A DNA stretch of 64,000 nucleotides from an uncultured Gaiellaceae bacterium (GCA_963749515.1 CAVVMR010000002.1:69854-133853); one strand, 5' to 3'; counted from the first letter of the stretch, positions 1-8,735 are shown. Notes: generated by a model not told the origin, from the letters alone. Program-made: numbers and translations.

Positions 1-419
1 AGGTTGAGGTCGATCTCACGCTGCCGCGAGCGGGACGTCCGGCAGCGCTCGATATAGACGACGTCCGGCCCGTCGAGGATCGCCATGTTCGCCGTGAAGC
101 CGGTGGCGTCACTGAGCGCCTGCAGGTGCGGAACGGAGATCTCGCGGATGTCCATCGAGTTGATCGCCGCGAAGCCCAGGTCGAGGACGCGCGGGCCGAG
201 CCGGTAGCGCTTCGTTTCCGCGTCCTGCTGCAGGTAGCCGAGCGAGGTCAGCGTCGCGATGTAGCGGTGGGTGGTGCTTCGGCTCAGGCCGAGCTCGCGC
301 GAGAGCTCGCTGACGCCGATCGTCGACCTGTCTGACCCGAAGGCCGAGAGGATCGCGAGGCCCCGTTCGAGCGACTGCGACCACGTGGCCTGACGTGGCG
401 AATCGGTAGCGGTCACCAT
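1..419 (-). CDS. IclR-family transcriptional regulator (N-terminal 139 codons; gene runs off left edge)
   Basis: Absent from the ORF track because it has no stop in the window. Manual reverse translation from the ATG at complement 417-419 gives MVTATDSPRQATWSQSLERGLAILSAFGSDRSTIGVSELSRELGLSRSTTHRYIATLTSLGYLQQDAETKRYRLGPRVLDLGF... This is the winged-helix HTH typical of IclR (PcaR/PcaU/PobR-type) regulators. The gene is divergent from the pca operon. Confidence 0.8.
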   Translation of the reverse strand, partial: MVTATDSPRQATWSQSLERGLAILSAFGSDRSTIGVSELSRELGLSRSTTHRYIATLTSLGYLQQDAETKRYRLGPRVLDLGFAAINSMDIREISVPHLQALSDATGFTANMAILDGPDVVYIERCRTSRSRQREIDLN

Positions 420-528
420 GGAGGACGCTACCACGTGAAAGGGCTTTGTCCCACTAGCCGGGATGATGTTTTGCCAACTCGAACAGGTTGATAGGGTCGA
501 ATTGGACCTGCCGACGAAGGAGGGCACG
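420..528. promoter_or_regulatory. Divergent promoter/operator region between IclR gene and aldehyde dehydrogenase-pcaIJHG operon
   Basis: 109-bp non-coding gap that is locally AT-richer. Weak candidate hexamers TTGCCA (471-476) and TAGGGT (492-497) with a 15-nt spacer. Strong SD AAGGAGG (517-523) lies 5 nt before ATG 529. Confidence 0.35.
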
Positions 529-2013
529 ATGGAGCTGCAGCAGGAGAAGACGCAGAGCGGCGCGTCGGAGGGCCGCCAGTTCATCGGCGGTGAATGGGGC
601 GATGCGGCAGGCGGCGCCACCTTCGAATCCCGCGATCCCTTCACCGGAGAGAACGTCATCGACGTCGCCGCGGGCGGCCGCGAGGATGCGGCGCGCGCCG
701 TTGCGGCTGCCCACGCCGCGTTCCCCGAGTGGTCGAAGACGCCGCCCGGAGTGCGCCAGGGGATCTTCCTCAAGGCGGCCGACGTGCTCGAATCGCGCCA
801 GGACGAGATCGTCTCGCTGCTGGCGCGCGAGACCGGCTGCACGTTCGGTTTCGCGATGTTCCAGACCCACTTCGTGCCCGGCCTGCTCCGCCAGGCGGCG
901 GCGCTCGCGTATGCCCCGCTCGGAGAGGTGATCCCGTCCGACACGGGCGCCTTCTCGATGGGCCTGCGACGGCCGGTCGGCGTCGTCGGTGCGATCGCGC
1001 CCTGGAACGCGGCGCTGATCCTCTCCTCGCGCTCGATCGCGGCGCCGTTGGCCCTGGGAAACACCGTCGTCCTGAAGCCGTCCGAGCTCTCGCCGGTCGT
1101 CGGCGGACTGATCTGGGGCGAGATCTTCACCGAGGCCGGCCTACCCCCCGGAGTCCTGAACATCGTCACGCATGCGCCCGGCGAAGCGGGCCCGATCGGG
1201 GACGAGCTGGTCGAGAACCCACACGTGCGCGTGCTCAACTTCACCGGGTCGACCGAGACAGGGCGCAAGCTCGCGGAAGCGGCGGGTCGGAACCTCAAGC
1301 GGATCGTGCTCGAGCTCGGCGGCTACAACCCGCTGATCGTCCTCGCTGACGCCGATCTGGAGTATGCGGTGAACGCGACGACCTTCGGCGCGTTCCTCCA
1401 CCAGGGCCAGATCTGCATGTCGGCCCGCAAGATCATCGTCGAGCGCCCGATCGCCGACGAGTTCATCGCCAAGCTGGCCGAGAAGACGAAGGGGCTCAAG
1501 GCGGGCGACCCGAAGGAGCACGACACGATCATCGGCCCGCTGATCAACGAGAGCGCGCTCCAGCTGGTCAAGGACCGGGTCGCCGACGCGGTCGGCAAGG
1601 GCGCGAAGGTGATCGCCGGCGGCGAGGCGGAAGGACCGTGCTTCCAAGCCACTCTGCTCACAGACGTGCCGGACGACTCCGAGTTCGCACGGGTGGAGAC
1701 GTTCGGGCCGGTCGCGTCGATCGAGGTCGTCGACAGCGCCGAGGAGGCGGTCGCCAGCGCGAACGCAACCACGTACGGGCTGGCATCGGGGATCATCACG
1801 CAGGATGCCGACCGTGGGATCGCGCTGGCACAGCAGGTCGAGGCGGGGATCGTCCACGTCAACGACCAGCCGGTCGGCGACGAGCCGCAGATGCCCTTCG
1901 GCGGCGTCAAGGACAGCGGCTTCGGCCGGTTCGGCGGCTCCGCGGTGGTGAACGAGTTCACCGAGCTCCGCTGGATCACGGTGCAGAGCGGCTCGCATCC
2001 CTTCCCGTTCTGA
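529..2013 (+). CDS. NAD(P)+-dependent aromatic aldehyde dehydrogenase (vanillin/4-hydroxybenzaldehyde/benzaldehyde dehydrogenase-like)
   Basis: ORF 463..2013, with the start moved to ATG 529 (MELQQEK...) because of the AAGGAGG SD. ALDH motifs VVLKPSELSP and LELGGYNP, plus catalytic-Cys context HQGQICMSARK. First gene of the pca operon. Confidence 0.85.
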   Translation: MELQQEKTQSGASEGRQFIGGEWGDAAGGATFESRDPFTGENVIDVAAGGREDAARAVAAAHAAFPEWSKTPPGVRQGIFLKAADVLESRQDEIVSLLARETGCTFGFAMFQTHFVPGLLRQAAALAYAPLGEVIPSDTGAFSMGLRRPVGVVGAIAPWNAALILSSRSIAAPLALGNTVVLKPSELSPVVGGLIWGEIFTEAGLPPGVLNIVTHAPGEAGPIGDELVENPHVRVLNFTGSTETGRKLAEAAGRNLKRIVLELGGYNPLIVLADADLEYAVNATTFGAFLHQGQICMSARKIIVERPIADEFIAKLAEKTKGLKAGDPKEHDTIIGPLINESALQLVKDRVADAVGKGAKVIAGGEAEGPCFQATLLTDVPDDSEFARVETFGPVASIEVVDSAEEAVASANATTYGLASGIITQDADRGIALAQQVEAGIVHVNDQPVGDEPQMPFGGVKDSGFGRFGGSAVVNEFTELRWITVQSGSHPFPF

Positions 2014-2861
2014 TGGCCGACCGCGTCTCGCTTGCCGAAGCCGTGGGCGAGCTCGTTCACGACGGTGACGTCGTGGCGCTCGAGGGCTTCACGCACCTCA
2101 TTCCGCACGCCGCCGGCCACGAGCTGATTCGACAGGGCAGGCGCGAGCTGACGCTCGTGCGCATGACGCCGGACATCGTCTACGACCAGATGATCGGGAT
2201 GGGCTGTGCGCGCAGCCTCGTCTTCTCCTGGGGCGGCAATCCCGGCGTCGGCTCGCTGCACCGGTTCCGTGACGCGGTGCAGTCCGGCTGGCCGGGGCCG
2301 CTCGAGCTCGACGAGCACTCGCACGCGGGCATGGCGGCGCGGTACGCGGCCGGGGCGGCGAACATCCCGTTCGGGGTGCTGCGGGGCTACACCGGGACGG
2401 AGCTGGCGGAGCAGACGGCCTCGATCGCGAGCGTCACCTGCCCGTTCACGGGCGAAGAGCTGGCGGCCGTCAAGGCCCTCCGTCCGGACGTCGGGATCAT
2501 CCACGCCCAGCAGGCCGACCGCGCCGGCAACGTCCAGATGTGGGGCATCACCGGCGTGCAGAAGGAGACCGTGCTCGCCTCGCGGCGCGCAATCGTGACC
2601 GTCGAGGAGATCGTGCCCGAGCTCGAGTTGCGCCCCGGCGGCGTCGTGCTGCCCTCGTGGGCGCTCGATGCGGTGTGCGTCGCCCCCGGCGGCGCGCATC
2701 CCTCGTACGCCCACGACTACTACGAACGCGACAACGCCTTCTACCTCGAGTGGGACTCGATCAGCAGGGATCGCGACGTCTTCCTGGACTGGATGCGGCG
2801 ACACGTGCTGGAGACAGCGGACGTCGACGAGTACCACGCCTCGCTACAAGTCGCCGTATGA
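2013..2861 (+). CDS. pcaI: 3-oxoadipate:succinyl-CoA transferase subunit A (family I CoA-transferase alpha)
   Basis: In-frame part of ORF 1638..2861 from ATG 2013 (MADRVSLAEAVGELVHDGDVVALEGF...). TGATG overlap with the upstream stop. Followed by a subunit B gene and pcaHG. Confidence 0.8.
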   Translation: MADRVSLAEAVGELVHDGDVVALEGFTHLIPHAAGHELIRQGRRELTLVRMTPDIVYDQMIGMGCARSLVFSWGGNPGVGSLHRFRDAVQSGWPGPLELDEHSHAGMAARYAAGAANIPFGVLRGYTGTELAEQTASIASVTCPFTGEELAAVKALRPDVGIIHAQQADRAGNVQMWGITGVQKETVLASRRAIVTVEEIVPELELRPGGVVLPSWALDAVCVAPGGAHPSYAHDYYERDNAFYLEWDSISRDRDVFLDWMRRHVLETADVDEYHASLQVAV

Positions 2862-3574
2862 CCGCCACGCTGACGTTCACGTCCGACGAGATGATGGCCG
2901 TCTCGGCCGCCCGCCTCCTCCGTGACGGGATGGTCTGCTTCGTGGGCATCGGGCTTCCCTCCCAGGCGGCGAACCTGGCCAGGCGGACGAGCGCCCCCGG
3001 GCTCGTGCTGATCTACGAGAGCGGCACGATCGGCGCCAAGCCGACACGACTCCCGCTCTCGATCGGCGACGGCGAGCTGGCGGACACCGCCGATGCCGTG
3101 GTCTCGGTGCCCGAGATCTTCGCCTACTGGCTCCAGGCCGGCCGCATCGACGTCGGCTTCCTCGGCGCGGCGCAGATCGACCGGCACGCGAACCTGAACA
3201 GCACCGTGATCGGCTCCTACGCCGCGCCCGACGTGCGGCTGCCCGGTGCGGGTGGGGCGCCGGAGATCGCCACGTCCGCCAAGGAGGTGTTCGTCATGCT
3301 GCGGCAGAGCCTGCGCACGTTCGTCCCGGAGCTCGACTTTCGCACCACGGCCGGGGGTTCGGTCTCGACCGTGGTCACCGACCTCGGGGTCCTCGAGCCT
3401 CGAGGCGAGGAGCGGGAGCTGACGCTGACGTCCGTCCACCCCGGTGTCGACGTCGAGCAGGCACGAGAGGCGACGGGGTGGGACCTGCGCGTGGCCGACG
3501 ACCTGCGCGTGACGCCGGCGCCGACCGAGGCCGAGCTGAAGGCGCTGCGCGATCTCGAGGCTCCGACGCAATGA
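2858..3574 (+). CDS. pcaJ: 3-oxoadipate:succinyl-CoA transferase subunit B
   Basis: In-frame part of ORF 2540..3574 from ATG 2858 (MTATLTFTSDEMMAVSAARLL...VLIYESGTIG...). ATGA overlap with pcaI. CoA-transferase beta-subunit pattern. Confidence 0.8.
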   Translation: MTATLTFTSDEMMAVSAARLLRDGMVCFVGIGLPSQAANLARRTSAPGLVLIYESGTIGAKPTRLPLSIGDGELADTADAVVSVPEIFAYWLQAGRIDVGFLGAAQIDRHANLNSTVIGSYAAPDVRLPGAGGAPEIATSAKEVFVMLRQSLRTFVPELDFRTTAGGSVSTVVTDLGVLEPRGEERELTLTSVHPGVDVEQAREATGWDLRVADDLRVTPAPTEAELKALRDLEAPTQ

Positions 3575-3587
3575 GCGGAGGCGAGGC

Positions 3588-4253
3588 GTGACGGACGTCG
3601 ATCCGCCGTATCTCTATCCGGACTATCGCTCCACCGTCGCGCGAGCTCCTTCACGGGCGCTCGTGCCGCTGCCCGAAGAGCTCCATCAGCTCGCCGCGCC
3701 GGTGTTCGGCGAGGACACGGTTCGCCCCGGCGAGGCGGATTTGACGTCCGTCCACGCCGGCGAGCCGCTCGGCGAGCGGATCATCGTCACCGGGCGCGTC
3801 CTCGACGGCGACGGCCGGCCGGTGCGGAATGCGCTGCTCGAGATCTGGCAGGCCAACGCCGCCGGCCGCTACATCCACGAGATCGACCAGCATCCGGCCC
3901 CGCTCGACCCGAACTTCACCGGCGCCGGCCGGACGGTCACCGACGACGAGGGCCGGTACCGCTTCGTCACGGTCAAGCCCGGCGCCTACCCGTGGAAGAA
4001 CCACCCGAACGCGTGGCGGCCGGCTCACATCCACTTCTCGGTCTTCGGCCGCTCGTTCACGCAGCGCCTCGTCACGCAGATGTACTTCCCCGGCGATCCC
4101 CTGTTCGCGTACGACCCGATCTTCAACTCCGTCCGGGATGCAAGGGCCCGCGAGCTCCTGGTCGCCCGCCTCGACCTGGAGACGACCGAGCCGGAGTGGG
4201 CGCTCGGCTACCAGTGGGACATCATCTTGAGATCGACGCCCTTCGAGGAATGA
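3588..4253 (+). CDS. pcaH: Protocatechuate 3,4-dioxygenase beta subunit
   Basis: ORF 3588..4253 with a GTG start. Intradiol dioxygenase core: LEIWQANAAGRYIH, YPWKNHPNAWRPAHIHFSVFG, QMYFPGDPL. Confidence 0.92.
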   Translation: MTDVDPPYLYPDYRSTVARAPSRALVPLPEELHQLAAPVFGEDTVRPGEADLTSVHAGEPLGERIIVTGRVLDGDGRPVRNALLEIWQANAAGRYIHEIDQHPAPLDPNFTGAGRTVTDDEGRYRFVTVKPGAYPWKNHPNAWRPAHIHFSVFGRSFTQRLVTQMYFPGDPLFAYDPIFNSVRDARARELLVARLDLETTEPEWALGYQWDIILRSTPFEE

Positions 4254-4651
4254 GGACGCCGTCGCAGACCGTCGGCCCGTTCTTCCTGTTCGGGCTCTGC
4301 GCCGAGCCGCAGAACGAACTGCCGAACGGCAGCGTCCCGGTCGACGGCCGGGTGTTCGACGGCGAGGACGCGCCGATCGGCGATGCGCTGGTGGAGCTCT
4401 GGAGCCCCGAGCACGGCTTCGGCCGCTGCGCCACCGACAGCGAGGGCCGCTTCTCGTTCCTCGTGCCACCGGCCGCGGCTCGCTTCGAGCTGATGGTGTT
4501 CGCCCGTGGGCTCCTGAAGCCGGCCGTCACCAGGCTCTACCTCGACGGGGAGGCCGAGGACGAGACGATGGTTGCAGTGCCCGCCGGGGACGGCTATCGC
4601 TTCGACATCCGCCTCCAGGGGAACGCCGCAACCGGCTTCTTCGACCTCTAA
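4250..4651 (+). CDS. pcaG: Protocatechuate 3,4-dioxygenase alpha subunit (short form, 133 aa)
   Basis: In-frame part of ORF 3992..4651 from ATG 4250 (ATGA overlap with pcaH). Sequence MRTPSQTVGPFFLFGL...FARGLLKPAVTRLYLDGE...YRFDIRLQGNAATGFFDL matches the conserved PcaG blocks. Confidence 0.85.
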   Translation: MRTPSQTVGPFFLFGLCAEPQNELPNGSVPVDGRVFDGEDAPIGDALVELWSPEHGFGRCATDSEGRFSFLVPPAAARFELMVFARGLLKPAVTRLYLDGEAEDETMVAVPAGDGYRFDIRLQGNAATGFFDL

Positions 4652-4675
4652 CCCGACGACTCCGAGGAGACGACC

Positions 4676-5800
4676 ATCAGCGAACGCACGAAGCCCCCGT
4701 TTCGCGCCGACCACGTCGGCAGCCTGCTCCGGCCGGCGCGGCTGCTGCAGGCGCGCGACGACCACGCCGCCGGCCGGATCGACGCCGGTGAGCTCCGCCG
4801 CCTCGAGGACGAGTCGATCGCAGACATCGTCCGCAAGCAGGAAGAGGTCGGTCTCCGCTCAGCGACCGACGGCGAGCTCCGCCGCGCCTCCTGGCACATG
4901 GACTTCATCTACCAGCTCGACGGCGTGACGAAGGAAGCCGGGCACATCGCGGTCACGTTCCACAACGAGGAAGGCGACATCGAGTTCACGCCGGCGGCCC
5001 TGCACGTCGACGGGAAGCTCGGCGTCTCGAAGACGATCTTCGGCGACGACTTCCGCTTCCTCCAGGACGCCGTCGCGACGACCGTGCCGAAGCTGACCAT
5101 CCCCTCGCCGAGCATGGTCCACTATCGCGGCGGCAAGGCCGCAGTCGACCCGGCCGTCTATCCGACGCTCGACGAGTTCTGGGCCGATCTGACCGCCGCG
5201 TACAGGGAAGAGGTGCGCAGGGTCGGGGAGCTCGGCTGCACGTATCTACAGGTCGACGACACGAGCCTCGCCTACATGAACGACCCGCACCAGCGGGACT
5301 ACATCGCCTCGATCGGCGGCGATCACGACCGTCAGCACATCGAGTACATCCGTCACATCAACGAGTCCCTTGCCGAACGCCCGGCCGGAATGTCGGTGAC
5401 GACGCACATGTGCCGCGGCAACTTCCGCTCCTCGTGGGCCGCCGAGGGCGGCTACGACTTCGTCGCCGAAGCGCTCCTGAACGAGCTCGAGGTGGACGGC
5501 TACTTCATGGAATGGGACGACGAACGGTCGGGCGGCTTCGAGCCCCTGCGCTTCCTGCCCAAGGGGGACAAGCAGGTCGTGCTCGGGCTCGTGACGACGA
5601 AGCACGGAGAGCTCGAGTCGAAGGACGAGCTGAAGCGGCGCATCGAGGAGGCCTCGAAGTACGCGCCGCTCGAGCAGCTCTGCCTCTCGCCGCAATGCGG
5701 CTTCTCCTCGACGGTGGAGGGGAACGAGCTGAGCGAGGACGAGCAGTGGGCGAAGCTCGCGCTGATCGTCGAGGTGGCGGACGAGGTCTGGGGGTCGTGA
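4676..5800 (+). CDS. Cobalamin-independent methionine synthase (MetE C-terminal domain)-like Zn-dependent alkyltransferase family protein
   Basis: ORF track gives 4898..5800. The same frame is open back to the pcaG stop and encodes the family N-terminus (S)ERTKPPFRADHVGSLLRPARLL. Proposed ATC start at 4676, 6 nt after GAGGAG (start uncertain). Zn-ligand pattern HMCRGNF / MEWDDER / LSPQCGF. Confidence 0.75.
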   Translation: MSERTKPPFRADHVGSLLRPARLLQARDDHAAGRIDAGELRRLEDESIADIVRKQEEVGLRSATDGELRRASWHMDFIYQLDGVTKEAGHIAVTFHNEEGDIEFTPAALHVDGKLGVSKTIFGDDFRFLQDAVATTVPKLTIPSPSMVHYRGGKAAVDPAVYPTLDEFWADLTAAYREEVRRVGELGCTYLQVDDTSLAYMNDPHQRDYIASIGGDHDRQHIEYIRHINESLAERPAGMSVTTHMCRGNFRSSWAAEGGYDFVAEALLNELEVDGYFMEWDDERSGGFEPLRFLPKGDKQVVLGLVTTKHGELESKDELKRRIEEASKYAPLEQLCLSPQCGFSSTVEGNELSEDEQWAKLALIVEVADEVWGS

Positions 5801-7401
5801 GAACGGTTCGCGATGCGACGTTCGACGTCTTCCGCCGGCGCGGGCTGACGACGATCTTCTCGAACCCCGGCTCGACCGAGGTGCCCTTCCTCGCCGGGCT
5901 TCCCGACGATCTCCGGTTCGTCCTCGGCCTGCACGAGGGCTCGGTGCTCGGCCTCGCGACGGGCTACGCGCTCGGCCGCGGCGAGCCCACTCTCGTGCTC
6001 GTCCACACCACGGCCGGCCTCGGCAACTCCGTCGGCGGGATCGCGACCGCGCGCGTCAACCGCGCCCCGCTTGTGATCGTCGTCGGCCAGCAGGACCGCC
6101 GTCACCTCGTCTTCGAGCCGTTCCTCGCCGGCCACCTCCAGGGCCTCGCCGGCGAGTACCCCGTCTGGACCGAGCAGCCGGTTCGCGCGCAGGATGTGCC
6201 CGGAGCGATCGATCGCGCCTACCACGAAGCCGCAACGGCCCGTGGCCCGGCGATCGTCGTCGTGCCGATGGACGACTGGCTGCAGGAAGCGGACAGCGAG
6301 CGCGAGGACGCGTCCGCGGCCCGGGTGCTGCATGCCCGCGCCGTCGACGATGCGGTCGTCGGTGAGCTGGCCTCATTCCTCGCCGACGCACAGTCGCCCG
6401 CGCTCGTCGTCGGTGCGGGCGCGGACGACGCCGAAACGTGGCGGGGGCTCGTCGCCCTCGCCGAGCGGCTGATCACACCGGTCTTCCAGGAGTCCTTCGG
6501 CTCCCGCGCGGGCTTTCCGCAGGATCACCCACTCTTCGCCGGCTTCCTCCCCGCCGACCGGCCGCGCCTGCGTGAGCGGCTCGCCCCGTACGACGCCGTT
6601 CTCCTCTTCGGAGCCGGCGCCTTCCGGCAGTCGCCCTGGGCGCCGGGCCGGTTCACCGAGACCGGAACGAAGCTCGCGCTGGTGAGCGACGACCCGGCGG
6701 AAGTGCACCGGAGCCCCGTCGAGCTCGCCGTGCTCGCGCCGCCGGGGCAGGTGGCAAGCGCGCTCGCCGAGCGCGTCGAGCCCCGCGACGCCGAGCCGCC
6801 ACAGTCGTTCCGGCCGCCGCCACCTCCCGATCCTCCCGCGGCCGGTGACCCGCTGACGGCGAGCCACGTACTCGCCGCGCTCGCAGAGCGCCTGCCTGCG
6901 GACGCGGTCGTCCTCGAGGAGGCTCCCGTCGACCGGCCGGAGATCCACGACCGGCTGCTCGCCCGCCAGCCGCTCGGCTTCGTCAGCGCCGCCATGGGCG
7001 GGCTCGGATTCGGCGTGCCCGCGGCAGCCGGACTTCGCATGGCGCTCCCCGAGCGGCCCGTCGTCGCCGTGATCGGGGACGGCTCTTCCCTGTATGCCAT
7101 CCAGGGTCTCTGGAGCGCCGCTCACTACCGCAGTGGCGTGCTCTACGTGATCCTCTCGAACGGCGGCTACGCGATCATGGACCGGCTCGCCGAGCGTTCT
7201 GGAACAGACGGCCCCTGGCCCGCCTTCGGCGAGATCGAGATCGCGGCCCTCGCCAGGGGATTCGGCTGTCCAGCACAGCGCATCACGACCCACGACGAGC
7301 TGCTTGCAGCTCTCGACGAAGTGATCCCGACGCTTGCGAAGCGCGAGGAGCCGCTGCTCCTCGACGTCGTGATCGCACCCACCACGACCTTTGCGCCGTA
7401 A
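5797..7401 (+). CDS. mdlC: Thiamine-diphosphate enzyme, benzoylformate decarboxylase-like
   Basis: In-frame part of ORF 5410..7401 from GTG 5797 (GTGA overlap). Begins VRTVRDATFDVFRRRGLTTIFSNPGSTEVPFL. ThDP-binding motif GDGSSLYAIQGLWSAAHYRSGVLYVILSNGGY. Confidence 0.8.
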   Translation: MRTVRDATFDVFRRRGLTTIFSNPGSTEVPFLAGLPDDLRFVLGLHEGSVLGLATGYALGRGEPTLVLVHTTAGLGNSVGGIATARVNRAPLVIVVGQQDRRHLVFEPFLAGHLQGLAGEYPVWTEQPVRAQDVPGAIDRAYHEAATARGPAIVVVPMDDWLQEADSEREDASAARVLHARAVDDAVVGELASFLADAQSPALVVGAGADDAETWRGLVALAERLITPVFQESFGSRAGFPQDHPLFAGFLPADRPRLRERLAPYDAVLLFGAGAFRQSPWAPGRFTETGTKLALVSDDPAEVHRSPVELAVLAPPGQVASALAERVEPRDAEPPQSFRPPPPPDPPAAGDPLTASHVLAALAERLPADAVVLEEAPVDRPEIHDRLLARQPLGFVSAAMGGLGFGVPAAAGLRMALPERPVVAVIGDGSSLYAIQGLWSAAHYRSGVLYVILSNGGYAIMDRLAERSGTDGPWPAFGEIEIAALARGFGCPAQRITTHDELLAALDEVIPTLAKREEPLLLDVVIAPTTTFAP

Positions 7402-7402
7402 C

Positions 7403-7431
7403 AAGGAGGGCGCCCTGGGGGCGCCCTCCTT
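7403..7431. terminator. Bidirectional intrinsic-terminator-like hairpin between convergent mdlC and ABC binding-protein gene
   Basis: Perfect 13-bp stem AAGGAGGGCGCCC / GGGCGCCCTCCTT with 3-nt loop TGG. No long T-tract, which is common in high-GC genomes. Confidence 0.7.
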
Positions 7432-7453
7432 CACTTCAGGGTTTTCGGGAGGG

Positions 7454-8701
7454 CTACGTCACCCTGAAGGTCTTCTTGAGCGCCGGACGTGCGCTCGAGC
7501 TGAACGTGTAGACGCCCTTCTGCAACGTGACCGTGAAGGTCGTCCGGCCGGTGCCCGCCCGGCTCGTCTGCTTGGTCACGCCCGGCCCGACGAGCCGGAA
7601 GTTCTGCGTCTTCGAAGAGTCGACGACGACGAATGTGTACCGACCGGCCTTGAGCCGGGTCACCGTCCTGCCGTCCTGCCGCAGCAGGATGAACCCGTCG
7701 CCGACCGTCCCCTGCAGCGTCTTGCCGCCGGAGATCGACGTCGGAACGAGCTTGGTCATGTTCGGCAGGGTCGCGATGACCCCGTACTCCTTCGTGAACC
7801 TCGCCAGCTGGATCAGCTTGTCGCGGTCGATCAGCGGGCTCCAGATCGGCAGCCGCACGTTGCGGCTCGCCGCCGGGAGCAGGTCGCGGATCTCGTTCGG
7901 GTTCGCCTGCGAGTACGCCAGCGACTTGTTGATCGCCGCGCGGAACTTGGCGGCGAGGCCCGGGTTCCGGGCCGCCCAGTCGTCGCGGGCTGCATAGCCC
8001 CCGATCGGCCAGAAGCGTCCGAGCACCGGCCCCGGCGCCATCACGGTTCGCCCGCCGTCGCTCAGCACCTGGCTGAGGAACGGCTCGGGCGTCCAGATCG
8101 CGTCGACCTGGCCGTTCTGGAGCGCGGAGCGCATGGCCGGGAACGGCAGTGCGAGCAGCCGGACCGATTCCGGGTCGACGCCGACCTTCTTCAGGGCCGC
8201 CTTGATCATCACCTCGCCGACGCCCTTGAGCGCGTTCACCGCGACCGTCTTGCCCACCAGGTCCGCGGGCGTGCGAATCGAGCTCGAGCCCTTGACGAGG
8301 ATGTTCTGCCAGTTGTCCGCCTCGGAAGTTCCCTCCACCTCGCTGGCGGCAACCGCGGTCAGCCCGATCCCCTGCGTGCGCGCGATGAACATCGGCACCC
8401 AGCCGAGGTAGCCGATCTCGCCGTTGCTGTTCTGGAGCGCGAGCACGACATCGTTCCCGCTCTGGAGCGTCCGCTTGTTGATCTCGATCCCCTGCTCGGC
8501 GAAGAAGCCCTTCTTGATCCCGAGATCCATCGGGAGCGCGTTCGCGATCGGCAGCGTGTTGACCGTGATCGTCACGACCGCCTGCGGCCTTGCCGGTGCG
8601 CTCGCCGCGGTTGCCCCGAAGGCGACCACGACCGCCAGCAGCCCCGAGACCGAGAACCCGAGGAGCCTCGTTCCCCGGCCGCCCTGCTTGTTTCCGGTCA
8701 T
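7454..8701 (-). CDS. ABC transporter substrate-binding protein (NMT1/SsuA-type, NitT/TauT family) with extra C-terminal beta-sandwich domain
   Basis: ORF 7454..8734, with the start moved to ATG 8701 (MTGNKQGG...) preceded by GAGGAGGAAGGA. Signal peptide LLGFSVSGLLAVVVAFGATAASA. SsuA/NMT1-like core. The last ~95 aa form a separate cupredoxin-like module. Confidence 0.75.
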   Translation of the reverse strand: MTGNKQGGRGTRLLGFSVSGLLAVVVAFGATAASAPARPQAVVTITVNTLPIANALPMDLGIKKGFFAEQGIEINKRTLQSGNDVVLALQNSNGEIGYLGWVPMFIARTQGIGLTAVAASEVEGTSEADNWQNILVKGSSSIRTPADLVGKTVAVNALKGVGEVMIKAALKKVGVDPESVRLLALPFPAMRSALQNGQVDAIWTPEPFLSQVLSDGGRTVMAPGPVLGRFWPIGGYAARDDWAARNPGLAAKFRAAINKSLAYSQANPNEIRDLLPAASRNVRLPIWSPLIDRDKLIQLARFTKEYGVIATLPNMTKLVPTSISGGKTLQGTVGDGFILLRQDGRTVTRLKAGRYTFVVVDSSKTQNFRLVGPGVTKQTSRAGTGRTTFTVTLQKGVYTFSSSARPALKKTFRVT

Positions 8702-8735
8702 TCCTTCCTCCTCGTGAATCGGTCTGGTTCCCACG

